The translations under genes were made by a program, and so were the position numbers. Source: a virus. From it: DNA of 64,000 nucleotides. The stretch covers positions 111,416 to 175,415 of the IMG/VR virus record IMGVR_UViG_3300027850_000002. One strand, 5' to 3'. Positions 1-9,435 of the stretch are shown one piece after another; position 1 is the first letter of the stretch, and each line of letters opens with the position of its first letter. Under the pieces are notes generated by a model. It was not told the DNA's origin and made no database searches. It was given only the letters and a program-made list of their open reading frames with translations.

Positions 1-1
1 G

Positions 2-352
2 CTCGCGGCCTTTGGCGTGGTTAAGACTGCGACGGGGTTCAAGCAACCGGGGTTCAAGTCCGTCGGAATCCTACTTCCGAAGGCTGCGGATCTTCCGCCG
101 ATCCCACCGCCAAGCGTGCCTTCGCCGCTCGGTATTGGTAGGATCGAGAGCAACTACGACTTCGTACCCAAGGTCGCCTTCAACGTCGGAATGGGGGCTT
201 CGACTTCCACTGACGGAGCGGGCGCTCAGCGGGGAGTTCCAGCGGATACGGGACGTCGTCAACGCAGCGTCATCGACCGGGCGTTCCAACGCAACGAAGA
301 CGATTACGCAACAAGCAGCATGCCGTTGCCAGGGGACGTTGTCGCGCCATGA
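2..352 (+). CDS. 5'-partial tagged (K-x-A) putative internal virion protein
   Basis: Frame is open from base 2 (LAAFGVVKTATG...), so the gene starts before the window. It carries the end of the shared tag (L-x-x-F-G..KTA), and KVAFNVGMG/IDRAF resembles segments of the next ORF. Confidence 0.6.
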   Translation, partial: LAAFGVVKTATGFKQPGFKSVGILLPKAADLPPIPPPSVPSPLGIGRIESNYDFVPKVAFNVGMGASTSTDGAGAQRGVPADTGRRQRSVIDRAFQRNEDDYATSSMPLPGDVVAP

Positions 353-1146
353 CGCTCGAACTCATCTACGCAAATGGGCAGCTCGCGGCACTCGAACGCT
401 ACAAGCTCGGATTCCCCGCGCACCCAACGGTCGCGAACAGCGCCGTGCTGACGACGAAGAAAACTTCACCGACACTGCCCGCTGCAGCACAGCAGGGGAT
501 GGCGCCACCATCAACGCCCATGGGCCTCTCTCAGATCTTCGATGCGCACGAACAAGGTGAAACGCGCTCGGAACCTCGGCGCAAGCTGTCGGCCGATAAT
601 CTATGCACGTCGTGCCGAAGGATGAAGCACTACGGCAAATGCAGTCGTCCGCGTGCGATTCCCGAGAAGGCCGCTGATTTAAACATCGGGATGCAGGGCT
701 ACAGCCCTGAACAGGGCAACAACCCATCCACGAGCCCTAACTACCGCTCAGCGGTCAGCTCGATCAGCTCGCTCACGCGCGCGTTAGAGGGTCGCCCCGC
801 CGATGAGCAGGCAGCATCTGGGTTCGCGGACCTGTACCGCGGGGGCGGGATTTCGAACATGGCGGATGAGCCGGGCCAGATGTCGGGCAGCCTCGCCAAA
901 GTCGCGAACAAGCTCAGCGCCTTCATGTTGCCCGACGCAGGGCTCCATTCGATGCACGAGCAGCGGGGACCGACCGTGAACCCGTACGAAGAGCAGCGAA
1001 CACGGATGGGAGCGCCTGTCGGCTTCGGCGACGAGGGGCTGCAACGCATCAATCGGGCCTTCAATCAGATCGACCACGCGGCCGACACCACGAACATCGG
1101 GGGCGGCGCCGGCGATCCAGAGCCAGGGCCGGCGGTCCTTGGCTGA
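349..1146 (+). CDS. tagged putative internal virion protein (low complexity, small C/H cluster)
   Basis: ATGA overlap with upstream ORF. N-terminal IYANGQLAALERYKL tag, KAA/KVA sites, CTSCRRMKHYGKC cluster. Confidence 0.65.
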   Translation: MTLELIYANGQLAALERYKLGFPAHPTVANSAVLTTKKTSPTLPAAAQQGMAPPSTPMGLSQIFDAHEQGETRSEPRRKLSADNLCTSCRRMKHYGKCSRPRAIPEKAADLNIGMQGYSPEQGNNPSTSPNYRSAVSSISSLTRALEGRPADEQAASGFADLYRGGGISNMADEPGQMSGSLAKVANKLSAFMLPDAGLHSMHEQRGPTVNPYEEQRTRMGAPVGFGDEGLQRINRAFNQIDHAADTTNIGGGAGDPEPGPAVLG

Positions 1147-1981
1147 AGTTCACATCACGCGAACTACCGCACTGTTTCCGAGCGCCGTGTTCGTGCAATG
1201 GAACGTGGAATCGGAGGAGAGTGGAGCGTTCTTCGTCGATGTTGCGCGATCCGAGAGTCCCGACGGCCCATGGGAATACATCGCGACAGGTCTTCGTGAA
1301 GCGTACAACTTCGTCGACGATCAGTTCAACCTGCCTCCAGCAGACCCGCGGAACGCAGGTCGCGAGGGCTTGAACCTGTTCTCGCTCGCGCGTGCGGTCT
1401 ACTACCAAATTACAGTGACGCCGCCGTCGGGCTCCGCGAACGCGTTTCACAGCCACGCGGAACCTGTCGAACCTGGACTTGACCGACGCACACGTTTGTT
1501 CAAACGCAAAATCCTCCACGATCAAGCGGTCGGATACCGACGTCTAAACGGGATCCCACTCATCGTGTTGAAACGTCGTCGCTGGGGTGACCGTTGTCCG
1601 AAATGCTACGACCCCGTGACACGGGAATCGACACTCGAGCACTGCTTGACGTGCTTTGGAACGACGTTCGTCGGAGGCTACTGGACTCCGACGCCGATCC
1701 GCGGACGTCGTGAAGCAGCGACGGTCGAAACGAACATCACGGCACATGGCGATAGCGACGTGAAGTTCAACGACTTCAATATCCTTGACTACCCTCTTGT
1801 CGAATACAAAGACATCATTGTTGATGTCGTACGGAATGAACGCTACCAAGTTCAACGCGTTCACCCTACAGAACTGAAAAGCGTCACGGTACACCAGAAA
1901 CTAACGACGTCTCTACTCGGTCACAACTCGATTGAATACAAGCTGCTCGTGGACCTGACGGCAACGCCGTCTCTGTACTAA
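1139..1981 (+). CDS. putative head-closure/neck protein
   Basis: GDRCPKCYD...CLTCFGTTFVGGY motif typical of large-phage neck proteins. Lies just upstream of the tail terminator and sheath genes. Confidence 0.55.
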   Translation: MAEVHITRTTALFPSAVFVQWNVESEESGAFFVDVARSESPDGPWEYIATGLREAYNFVDDQFNLPPADPRNAGREGLNLFSLARAVYYQITVTPPSGSANAFHSHAEPVEPGLDRRTRLFKRKILHDQAVGYRRLNGIPLIVLKRRRWGDRCPKCYDPVTRESTLEHCLTCFGTTFVGGYWTPTPIRGRREAATVETNITAHGDSDVKFNDFNILDYPLVEYKDIIVDVVRNERYQVQRVHPTELKSVTVHQKLTTSLLGHNSIEYKLLVDLTATPSLY

Positions 1982-1984
1982 CCC

Positions 1985-2692
1985 ATGGCCGACAACTATC
2001 CCAAGTACGTACCGGACCCGAAGGTAGTACCTTCACCGGAAGAAACGCAGCAAGTCAGCATCCGTCCTGGGTCAAAACTTGCGGTGTTGGGAGTATTTGT
2101 CGAAATCATCCGAAGGCGTTTCGGGCGAGACATCGTGGGGGATGAATTCCAGTGGCGCTGGGACTCAGATATCAAGGTCACAAAGCTAGCCGTCGAGAGC
2201 GCGTTCAACGAAGACAAAACGCACCGGAACTTCCGTCCTGCCGTCTACGTGGATTGTGACGACCAGACGATGGGCCGTGTCGTACTCGGAGACCGGGCGG
2301 GTCTCAACCTCAAGACCGGGCTTGAAGGCTTCTGGAATCTGCAAACGGTTCCAATCCTGATCGAGTGCGTCACGGGAAAGCGCGCAGAGAGTGCTGCACT
2401 CGGCGACATCATCGGAATTTTCTTGCAGGCCTCGAGTGACCTCATCCAAGGCAAGTTCGGTTTCCACGACATGACGCCTGTTACGGTTGGACGAACACAG
2501 CCAGCGCAGCGCGACAAAGACCAATGGGTGACGTCCGTGACTTTCGTGGTGCAGTACCCGCAGCGTTGGACGAATGCTCCAACGGCACCGCTGCTGCGAG
2601 AGCTGGAGATGGATATCTCCCGTTCCGGTGCAGAATCAGCGACCGAGTTCTTCGAGTCTATCGCCCTGTCTTGGCAGGACGTGCCCGAGTAG
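1985..2692 (+). CDS. putative tail terminator/completion protein
   Basis: 235 aa, RPAVYV motif, synteny between neck and sheath. Confidence 0.5.
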   Translation: MADNYPKYVPDPKVVPSPEETQQVSIRPGSKLAVLGVFVEIIRRRFGRDIVGDEFQWRWDSDIKVTKLAVESAFNEDKTHRNFRPAVYVDCDDQTMGRVVLGDRAGLNLKTGLEGFWNLQTVPILIECVTGKRAESAALGDIIGIFLQASSDLIQGKFGFHDMTPVTVGRTQPAQRDKDQWVTSVTFVVQYPQRWTNAPTAPLLRELEMDISRSGAESATEFFESIALSWQDVPE

Positions 2693-2721
2693 GGCCCTTC
2701 GTCGTGTTTCGTTGCCCAACA

Positions 2722-2731
2722 CCCTATAATT
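2722..2731 (+). promoter_or_regulatory. CCTATAATT late-type -10 promoter of the sheath operon
   Basis: TATAAT at 2725-2730 in the intergenic gap, GGAG SD at 2751. Same motif recurs before other structural or tagged genes. Confidence 0.6.
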
Positions 2732-2762
2732 TCCGCAACCCTATGGACTCGGAGAACTGATC

Positions 2763-5156
2763 ATGGCCATCCGACCTGTCGTACTTGTTTACCAGGACCT
2801 GGCCACGCCGACGATTACGCCGACGTCGCCAGACCTGAACTGTTTGGTCGTTGGTCCGGCGTTTTGGATCCAGGACTACTTCCAACCCGGCACCACCGAC
2901 TACGCAGACAAGGCCGATATTCAGGTCACGTCTGCGTACGGTGCGCTGGAAACCAGCCCCGCTGCAGCGTTGCCGACGGGGGCCGCCGTGATCACGGTGG
3001 CATCGCCGCCAAACAACGCGGTGGGAGCGCTACTCGACGGAGACAGCGTCCAGATCTACTTCGACCAGGCCCGTGTTCGCATCGCGGGCAAAGGCGTCGA
3101 CGTTGGTGGCGGCGTTCAAGGAACGACCACGGTCCTGACGCCGAACGTGTTCGACACGGCCGAGGGAACTCCGACCACGTTCGCGACGCCTGGTCCCGGT
3201 CGTGCTCTTCCCGGTGACCGTTTGGTCATCGTGGATGCAGGCGCAGTCGTCATCGCGCGCACCGTGCTCACGGTTGTTACGGACACGCAGCTGCTGCTCA
3301 CGTCGGATGTGACCGGCGGTACGTTCGTGCCCGCGGCGAACCAGAGCTGGTACATCGAGCGCCAGGTCAACGACATCCAGATCAACTCGTCGTTCGTTTC
3401 CAGCACCGGAAACATCGTGAAGATCGCTGGTGGCGTCACGCTCCCCGTCACCGGCCAGGGCAGCAAGCCCGTGTCGTACGCGGTCGTGTACGAGGCGTAT
3501 CGCAGCCTCCAGCAGTCGCTGGTCGATCTCGACACCGTCGAGTCGCTGGTGGACATCGAGTCGAAGATCGGTCGTGTCGACGCGCGCAACCCACTCGCGA
3601 CGGGTGCCTTCGTGGCGCTTCAAAACACGACGTCCGTCGTTCAGTTCATCGGTGTCGTGTCGGACGATCTCCAGGGACATGTGTCCGTGCGAGACCATCT
3701 CTCGGCGCGACCCGACGTCTACGCCATCGTTCCGATGACGACGGACATTTCCATCTTCGTGATGTGGAATGTCGACTGTGTCGGTCTCGCACTGCCCGAC
3801 AACGTTCGCGGCCGTCCGCAGCGTTTCCGTGTCGTGATCGGTAGCGGCACGCTGCCCGTCACTAAGACGATCATCGAGCCTTCGGCCACCGGCCAGTCCG
3901 TGCAGCTCGCGGCCAGCGCGCCCACGGCAATCACCCGCCTCACGCTGACCGGCACGCTGAGCTTGGTCACGAACGGCGTGATTCCGGGCGACGTCCTGAG
4001 CGTCACCGTCACCAGCGCTGCGGGTGTTGTTGCGCTCGGTCTGTACCCGATCGGTGCCGTCGAAAATGCGACGATCGTCGAGGTCGACACAACGTCGCCC
4101 TTCGCGAGCGCCGGTGTCGCCAACATCAGCGTCACGATCTTCGAAGCGGACGGTGTGACGGTTCGTCTCGCGTCACAGGCACTGGTCGGCACAGTCACCG
4201 CGACGAGCGACGACCTCTATCTGATCCTCAAGGATCCGAGCGGGACGTTCGTCGTGAGCGGTGTTGTAGCCGGTGATCTCATCAAGATCCCCGTCGACCC
4301 GAACGCGGCCATCGACGACAACAGCGTGTTCGTCACCCTTGTGGTGAACAACATCATCAGCGACCAACGCTTGCAGCTCGTAAATAACGGGCAGGACTTG
4401 TCGACGGCTCAAAATGAGCTGCCGCACGGCGTGAAGCGAACCGGCAGCGCTCTTGTCGGCCTGACGACGATCAACTACCAAGTCGTGCGTACGCTGTCGA
4501 AAAGCCAGCAGGTGACCGAGCTGGTTGCGGTTGCGCAGTCGTTCAACTCCAAGCGCACGATTCTCGTGTGGCCGGATCGTTGTGATGTCGCAGGCGTGAC
4601 CGGCGGCAACAACCAGCCGGGCTACTACCTCGCAGCGGCAGTTGGCGGCATGACTGCAGGTCTGCCGTCGCAGCAGGGGTTCACGAACCTCGGCATCGCC
4701 GGCGTCAGTCAGATCTTCAACTCAAACACGTACTTCACGGACACCCAGCTCACTGACATCTCGAACGGCGGTTGGTACGTGTTCGCGCAGCAGACGACGA
4801 CGTCGTTGCCGTACACCATCCACCAGCTCACGACGGATCCTTCGACGCTCGAGTCGGGCGAATTCTCGGTCGTCAAGAACTTCGACTTCGTGTCGCTGTT
4901 CTTCGTCGACATCGTCGAGGACTTCCTCGGTCAGTACAACGTCACGGTCGACACGCTGACGTTGCTCGGCGCCGCGCTCAACACGGGAGCGCAGCTTCTC
5001 TTGCTGCGTACCGTTGCGAAGATCGGCGCACCGCTGACCTCGTTCACGCTCACCGGCATCAACGTCTCGCCGGCGTCGGCAGACCGTGTGCTCGTGTACT
5101 GCGCAATCGGTCTACCGAAGCCGCTCAACGTCATCGAACTCCACCTGGTGGCATAA
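2763..5156 (+). CDS. contractile tail sheath protein
   Basis: 797 aa. C-terminal HQLTTD...EFSVVKNFDFVS...PKPLNVIELHL is characteristic of sheath C-termini. Upstream of the tube gene. Confidence 0.85.
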   Translation: MAIRPVVLVYQDLATPTITPTSPDLNCLVVGPAFWIQDYFQPGTTDYADKADIQVTSAYGALETSPAAALPTGAAVITVASPPNNAVGALLDGDSVQIYFDQARVRIAGKGVDVGGGVQGTTTVLTPNVFDTAEGTPTTFATPGPGRALPGDRLVIVDAGAVVIARTVLTVVTDTQLLLTSDVTGGTFVPAANQSWYIERQVNDIQINSSFVSSTGNIVKIAGGVTLPVTGQGSKPVSYAVVYEAYRSLQQSLVDLDTVESLVDIESKIGRVDARNPLATGAFVALQNTTSVVQFIGVVSDDLQGHVSVRDHLSARPDVYAIVPMTTDISIFVMWNVDCVGLALPDNVRGRPQRFRVVIGSGTLPVTKTIIEPSATGQSVQLAASAPTAITRLTLTGTLSLVTNGVIPGDVLSVTVTSAAGVVALGLYPIGAVENATIVEVDTTSPFASAGVANISVTIFEADGVTVRLASQALVGTVTATSDDLYLILKDPSGTFVVSGVVAGDLIKIPVDPNAAIDDNSVFVTLVVNNIISDQRLQLVNNGQDLSTAQNELPHGVKRTGSALVGLTTINYQVVRTLSKSQQVTELVAVAQSFNSKRTILVWPDRCDVAGVTGGNNQPGYYLAAAVGGMTAGLPSQQGFTNLGIAGVSQIFNSNTYFTDTQLTDISNGGWYVFAQQTTTSLPYTIHQLTTDPSTLESGEFSVVKNFDFVSLFFVDIVEDFLGQYNVTVDTLTLLGAALNTGAQLLLLRTVAKIGAPLTSFTLTGINVSPASADRVLVYCAIGLPKPLNVIELHLVA

Positions 5157-5158
5157 CC

Positions 5159-5611
5159 GTGTCGGACTCCTTTTTCGACAAGTTCATCGCTGACCTCGTG
5201 AAAGGTGCCAACACCAACTCGAGGGAGAATGGCGGGCCCGGCGTGAACATCATCGTGGCGCGCGAAAACCACGGATGTGAAGAGAAACTCGCGAGCGAGA
5301 AGCTTGGAACGATCGCAGACGCCTATGCCAACGGTGCAACGGCAGCTGCTGCGGCGTTCGGAGTCAAGGAAGCGTTTCTCCCGGCGCTCCTTCCGCTCGC
5401 TGGTTCTCTGCTTGGAGGCACTGCGCTCCGTGCCGGTGCGGGCGCCGTCGCCAAAGGGGCGATGGGTCGCGGTGCAGCCGGTCTTGCTTCCAAGGTGGTG
5501 CCGAAGATGACGGGCGGCATCGGTGGCGCAGCCACGGACATGGCAGGTTCGATGGTAGGCGGTGCCATCGGCAACAAGCTCGCGCCGCAGCCGCAGCAGC
5601 AGCCGCAATAG
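5159..5611 (+). CDS. tagged glycine-zipper protein, putative internal virion protein
   Basis: GTG at 5159 right after the sheath stop. AYANGATAAAAAFGVKEAF tag followed by Gly/Ala hydrophobic helices. Confidence 0.65.
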   Translation: MSDSFFDKFIADLVKGANTNSRENGGPGVNIIVARENHGCEEKLASEKLGTIADAYANGATAAAAAFGVKEAFLPALLPLAGSLLGGTALRAGAGAVAKGAMGRGAAGLASKVVPKMTGGIGGAATDMAGSMVGGAIGNKLAPQPQQQPQ

Positions 5612-5619
5612 ATGAACTG

Positions 5620-6219
5620 ATGAGCGTCGAACGTTTCAAGATCAAGACCGCAAGCTTCGCTTCCGTGTTCCCGTCAGTGGCGGGACCTGCGGTAGGCGGC
5701 TTTGTGGGCTATGGCCTGGGACGTCGATACGGCAACCCAGAACTGGGTGCGTTGCTCGGCACGCTCACCATGGGCACTGCAGGCAAGCTTCTCGGCGAGA
5801 AGGTCCAGCAGGCAGAGGCGCAGGCACAGGCGGTTCCGCCAGGTGCGCCCTTCGATCTCGACGCTACGTCCCAAGACATTCCGGCGTGGGCGCTGCAGGG
5901 TGCGCACCTACTACAGCCACAGATAAAGCAGTCTGGGCACTTCGACGACATCGTAGGCAGCGACATGATGGGCGCCGCATGGCCGGTCGTCGAAGGTGTT
6001 CGCGAACACCAGCCGGCAGGGCAAATCGCGAAAAATGTTGCTGGTCAGGGTCTCGGAACTTTGGGCGGCGGACTGGTCGGACACGGACTCGGTGCACTCA
6101 TCAACAATGCCGCGGGACACCAGGTCCCCGGTATTCTCGGCGTTCCTCTTTCAACCCTGTTAACTGGTCTTGGCGCTACAATCGGTAACGTCAAGGGCCT
6201 CGATTTCGCACGCAAGTAA
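5620..6219 (+). CDS. glycine-zipper membrane protein with K-x-A site
   Basis: ERFKIKTAS at N-terminus, multiple GxxxGxxxG hydrophobic segments. Confidence 0.65.
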   Translation: MSVERFKIKTASFASVFPSVAGPAVGGFVGYGLGRRYGNPELGALLGTLTMGTAGKLLGEKVQQAEAQAQAVPPGAPFDLDATSQDIPAWALQGAHLLQPQIKQSGHFDDIVGSDMMGAAWPVVEGVREHQPAGQIAKNVAGQGLGTLGGGLVGHGLGALINNAAGHQVPGILGVPLSTLLTGLGATIGNVKGLDFARK

Positions 6220-6228
6220 GGAGCAACC

Positions 6229-6999
6229 ATGGCGCTCGGTGTAGTCAAAGGTTTCGATACCTGGTCCTTCCAGGAAAGCTACGTCGAGCGCGTGATGGAC
6301 AACGCTGCGTACACCGCAGCGCATCCTGACGACACGCTCGTTCTCGCAGGGCCTGCGCGAAAGCAGAACCTGTCGCAGGGTTTTGCCAACCTCCTCGCAA
6401 TCGGCATGCTGCAGGCGGTCAACTTCACCCAGACCAAGCCGACACAGCCGATGATGGCGATCGGTTCAGGCCGCTCGTTCTACGTCAGCGGTAAGGCGCA
6501 GACACAGTGGACGATGGGTCGCCTGTTCGTGAACGGACGCAACCTACTTCGCGTGCTCTCGCACAACGCGGTCGCCAGCGGCATCGACGTGTCACAGTTT
6601 GACGACATTGCGGCCGAGTCAGATCCGCAGAGCAAGAAGTACTTCATCAACCTCGACTCCGAGCTGTTCCTCATTCCGTTCGGGATGGGAGCGGTGTTCC
6701 GGGACAAGACGCACGGCTTCTGCGGCGGGTTCTACGCTGAGCTGTCGATGATCACGTCGTACGCGATCGGCTGGAACGCGGGTCAGAACCTGGTGCTCGA
6801 GAACGTCTCGGGTATGTCGGATCGGTTGCTTCCGTTCGGACACAACGCGACGCCGCCGGGTCTTCGACCGCACGCACAGGGCGGTATCGGTGTTCGTGCA
6901 TCCAGCATCGATGCGGTGCTTGGATTCATTGATGACAACAACACCGGTGACAATCAGTCGAATGCGCCAGGGGACACGATCCCCAACGAAAACGTCTAA
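6229..6999 (+). CDS. tail tube protein
   Basis: AAGGAG SD. AIGMLQAVNFTQ...MAIGSGRSFYVSGK pattern typical of tube proteins. Downstream of sheath. Confidence 0.7.
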   Translation: MALGVVKGFDTWSFQESYVERVMDNAAYTAAHPDDTLVLAGPARKQNLSQGFANLLAIGMLQAVNFTQTKPTQPMMAIGSGRSFYVSGKAQTQWTMGRLFVNGRNLLRVLSHNAVASGIDVSQFDDIAAESDPQSKKYFINLDSELFLIPFGMGAVFRDKTHGFCGGFYAELSMITSYAIGWNAGQNLVLENVSGMSDRLLPFGHNATPPGLRPHAQGGIGVRASSIDAVLGFIDDNNTGDNQSNAPGDTIPNENV

Positions 7000-7265
7000 T
7001 GCGCTACTCCCGTGAATGGTTTTTCCTCGTCATCGCTGTGCTCTGTATGGGTGCGGACAGTGCGAGCACAAACACGGACATCGCGGGGTTGCTCAGGGAG
7101 TTCGGATTTCCAATCTTCGTTAGCCTCTGGTTCATGTGGCGTGTCGAGAAACGTATGGACCGTTTCACCGATACGATCCAAAACCTGCTCACGGCAGTCA
7201 CCGTCATGGCGAAAACCATTGACGGCCTGCCGCCCCGAGCATCAACACACCAGCCGCATCCGTAA
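6999..7265 (+). CDS. YvrJ/BhlA-like small membrane protein (possible holin)
   Basis: GFPIFVSLWFMWRVEKRMDRFTDTIQNL: one TM plus coiled coil, YvrJ-like. Confidence 0.5.
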   Translation: MRYSREWFFLVIAVLCMGADSASTNTDIAGLLREFGFPIFVSLWFMWRVEKRMDRFTDTIQNLLTAVTVMAKTIDGLPPRASTHQPHP

Positions 7266-7274
7266 GGGAACTCC

Positions 7275-7508
7275 ATGTCTTGGATCATGACAGGCGTTCT
7301 GGCGTTCGTGGTGGGGGTGATTGTGTGGGCGGAGATTCGTTGCGGTCGTCGCAACAAGATCTTCCAAGCAATGATCGACCCCGAGATCGACACGCTCAAG
7401 ACCAACGCCATTTCCAAGTATCGTGAACGGTTTGGCAAGGACCCCACGGGCCCGTACCTGATCGTCAGCGAACCTCGCGCACGCGACGGGCTCGAAAAAC
7501 GGTCATGA
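7275..7508 (+). CDS. small single-TM protein
   Basis: Hydrophobic N-terminus, SD-like AAGGGA, operonic. Confidence 0.55.
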   Translation: MSWIMTGVLAFVVGVIVWAEIRCGRRNKIFQAMIDPEIDTLKTNAISKYRERFGKDPTGPYLIVSEPRARDGLEKRS

Positions 7509-7855
7509 CCATCGCGCTCGTCGTCGCTTCAATCGTGCTCGCGATTGCGTGGCTCCCGCTCGCCGTTCGCTTCCTGCGCGGTTGGCGAAACCGTAAGAAC
7601 CCCGTCAGCCTCGCCATCTGCGCAGCGCTCTGTTTGTTCGCGTACTCGAACATCATGTTCGCGCTTGTGCTCATCGACGGTGCGTCACTGCGATTTCTCG
7701 CTGTTGCGACCCACACGTTTGAACTCGTCGTCTTGGCCAACTTCTACGTCGCGTTCAAATGGTCTGCGAAAAAGTTTCCAGACGCGCGCACTAGCAAGCC
7801 GCCCGAGTACACCGTGCCGCCAATGAACACGTCGAACACCTCGCGCGAGGCGTGA
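7505..7855 (+). CDS. three-TM membrane protein (holin-like topology)
   Basis: Three hydrophobic segments and a charged tail, ATGA overlap. Confidence 0.55.
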   Translation: MTIALVVASIVLAIAWLPLAVRFLRGWRNRKNPVSLAICAALCLFAYSNIMFALVLIDGASLRFLAVATHTFELVVLANFYVAFKWSAKKFPDARTSKPPEYTVPPMNTSNTSREA

Positions 7856-7867
7856 TACGGTCGGGTC

Positions 7868-9274
7868 GTGAAGGACCCTCTAAGCGCACAACGTGGCGCC
7901 GCCAACCGCGGCGCTGCAGGTCTAGGACGTGTCGGTAAGGGGAACTGGGAGTTGGGGGTAGTTGTCGCCTACAACTCAGCGACTCATACGTCCATCGTGC
8001 GTACGCACAGTGGACGCCCTCTCCATGACGTGCCGCAGATCAAAGCGAGCGCGAGTGGCTTCGACCACATTCCCACAGGAACAACCGTTGTGATCTCGTG
8101 GGACCTCGGCATTCCAGCAATCGTTGGATGTATGGACATGCCGCGCTCTCCCCAGCCGGCGACGCAATCTCCCACGCTCACGGGCGTCGAGGGAGTTGGA
8201 AACGCAGACCCAACCCAGCTGACGCAGGGTTCGAACAACTACAAACCGACGAACGCACCCACCGACATGGGACAGGGTGACTGGGCCCAAGTAGGCACGA
8301 TGGGCAACCACGTTGCCGTGCTCGAGGGCGGCGTCTCGCTCTTGGGCAGCCCCTCCGCACACCTGCAGTCGCTGGGGACGTCTGGAACGATGCGAACCAT
8401 CGCGCGACGCATCCAACAGTTCTCGGACTTCGGTCAAATGCGAATCGAGAACGACCAAGGCAAGACGTCGTTCATCCTTCGCGCGGGGTCCAACCAGACA
8501 ACACAAACGGGGCAAGACGAACAGCACTGGACCATTCGATTGGACCTAGGCGCCACCGGCGACATGTTCGACTTCCGAATCCTTGAGCCCGAAGGTGCTG
8601 TGCTGTTCCGCCTCCACGCGGGCGCGGATGGACGTGTTCAGATCTTCGGCGAAGGCGGTGTCGATCTATCGTCGGGAGCGAGTGGGACCGGTCAAATGCG
8701 TCACGACATCGCAGGAGCCCGCGCGACTACCGTAGCCGGCGATGACACCCACGTCGTGGATGGGGCTTCTGACACCGTCGTTGCTGCGTCCGCAACCTAC
8801 GCCATCGGACGGGACATAACACGTTCGGTAGGACGCAACGCAACGGAGTTCATCGGAGGGGGCCGAGATGTTGGCGTGAGCGGCGATGAAACGCTCGCAA
8901 CCGCCGGTGATCGATCTACCAAAGTAGGTGGTAACGATAAGACCGATGTCACAGGAAACTCGACCATCAAGGCGATACGGGTAAACACGATCGACGGTGT
9001 TCAGGTCAAGCTCGGTTCGAACGCGGTGCAACCCGTCACCCGGAGCCTGGATTTTGGATCGAAGGTGCTAGCGCCTATCAGCGCAGCAGCGACCACGCTA
9101 CTCGCGGGGGCAGCCGCCGCCACGGTCATCGGTTCGGCGCTCCCCGGCCCGCCCGTGACCACTCCGTTGGCGCTCGCCGCACTGAATGCAGCAGTATCGA
9201 GCTTTGCATCCGCGGTGATCTCAGCCATCGCTGCATTCCCAGGAACCCTCTCCACGAAAGTGAAGACGGAGTAA
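7868..9274 (+). CDS. baseplate central spike (gp5/gpV/VgrG-like)
   Basis: N-terminal OB-fold-like GVVVAYN...P.GTTVVI. ~8-residue V/I-x-G-D/N beta-helix repeats (VAGDD, VSGDE, VGGND, VTGNS). Confidence 0.75.
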   Translation: MKDPLSAQRGAANRGAAGLGRVGKGNWELGVVVAYNSATHTSIVRTHSGRPLHDVPQIKASASGFDHIPTGTTVVISWDLGIPAIVGCMDMPRSPQPATQSPTLTGVEGVGNADPTQLTQGSNNYKPTNAPTDMGQGDWAQVGTMGNHVAVLEGGVSLLGSPSAHLQSLGTSGTMRTIARRIQQFSDFGQMRIENDQGKTSFILRAGSNQTTQTGQDEQHWTIRLDLGATGDMFDFRILEPEGAVLFRLHAGADGRVQIFGEGGVDLSSGASGTGQMRHDIAGARATTVAGDDTHVVDGASDTVVAASATYAIGRDITRSVGRNATEFIGGGRDVGVSGDETLATAGDRSTKVGGNDKTDVTGNSTIKAIRVNTIDGVQVKLGSNAVQPVTRSLDFGSKVLAPISAAATTLLAGAAAATVIGSALPGPPVTTPLALAALNAAVSSFASAVISAIAAFPGTLSTKVKTE

Positions 9275-9276
9275 GC

Positions 9277-9435
9277 ATGGCTGAAGACCCCAAATGGGAC
9301 GGTACACCTGCGTTAGGCGTCATCCTTGCGCGGATGGCTGAACTCTACGCACGCGTGGTTCAAGTAGAACTCGCGCAGCAAAAAAAGAACGCGGACCGCG
9401 TCGCTGCAATGTTCACAGAGAGCCCGTCCAAATGA
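9277..9435 (+). CDS. small hypothetical protein (52 aa)
   Basis: MAEDPKWDGTP... fills the gap between spike and next gene with ATGA coupling. Below the ORF-track size cut-off. Confidence 0.5.
   Translation: MAEDPKWDGTPALGVILARMAELYARVVQVELAQQKKNADRVAAMFTESPSK

Noticed and set aside
2763-9274. Extracellular contractile injection system or T6SS
   Set aside because: Neck-like, lysis, nucleotide-metabolism, methylase and homing-endonuclease genes plus dense small ORFs indicate a genuine phage genome.
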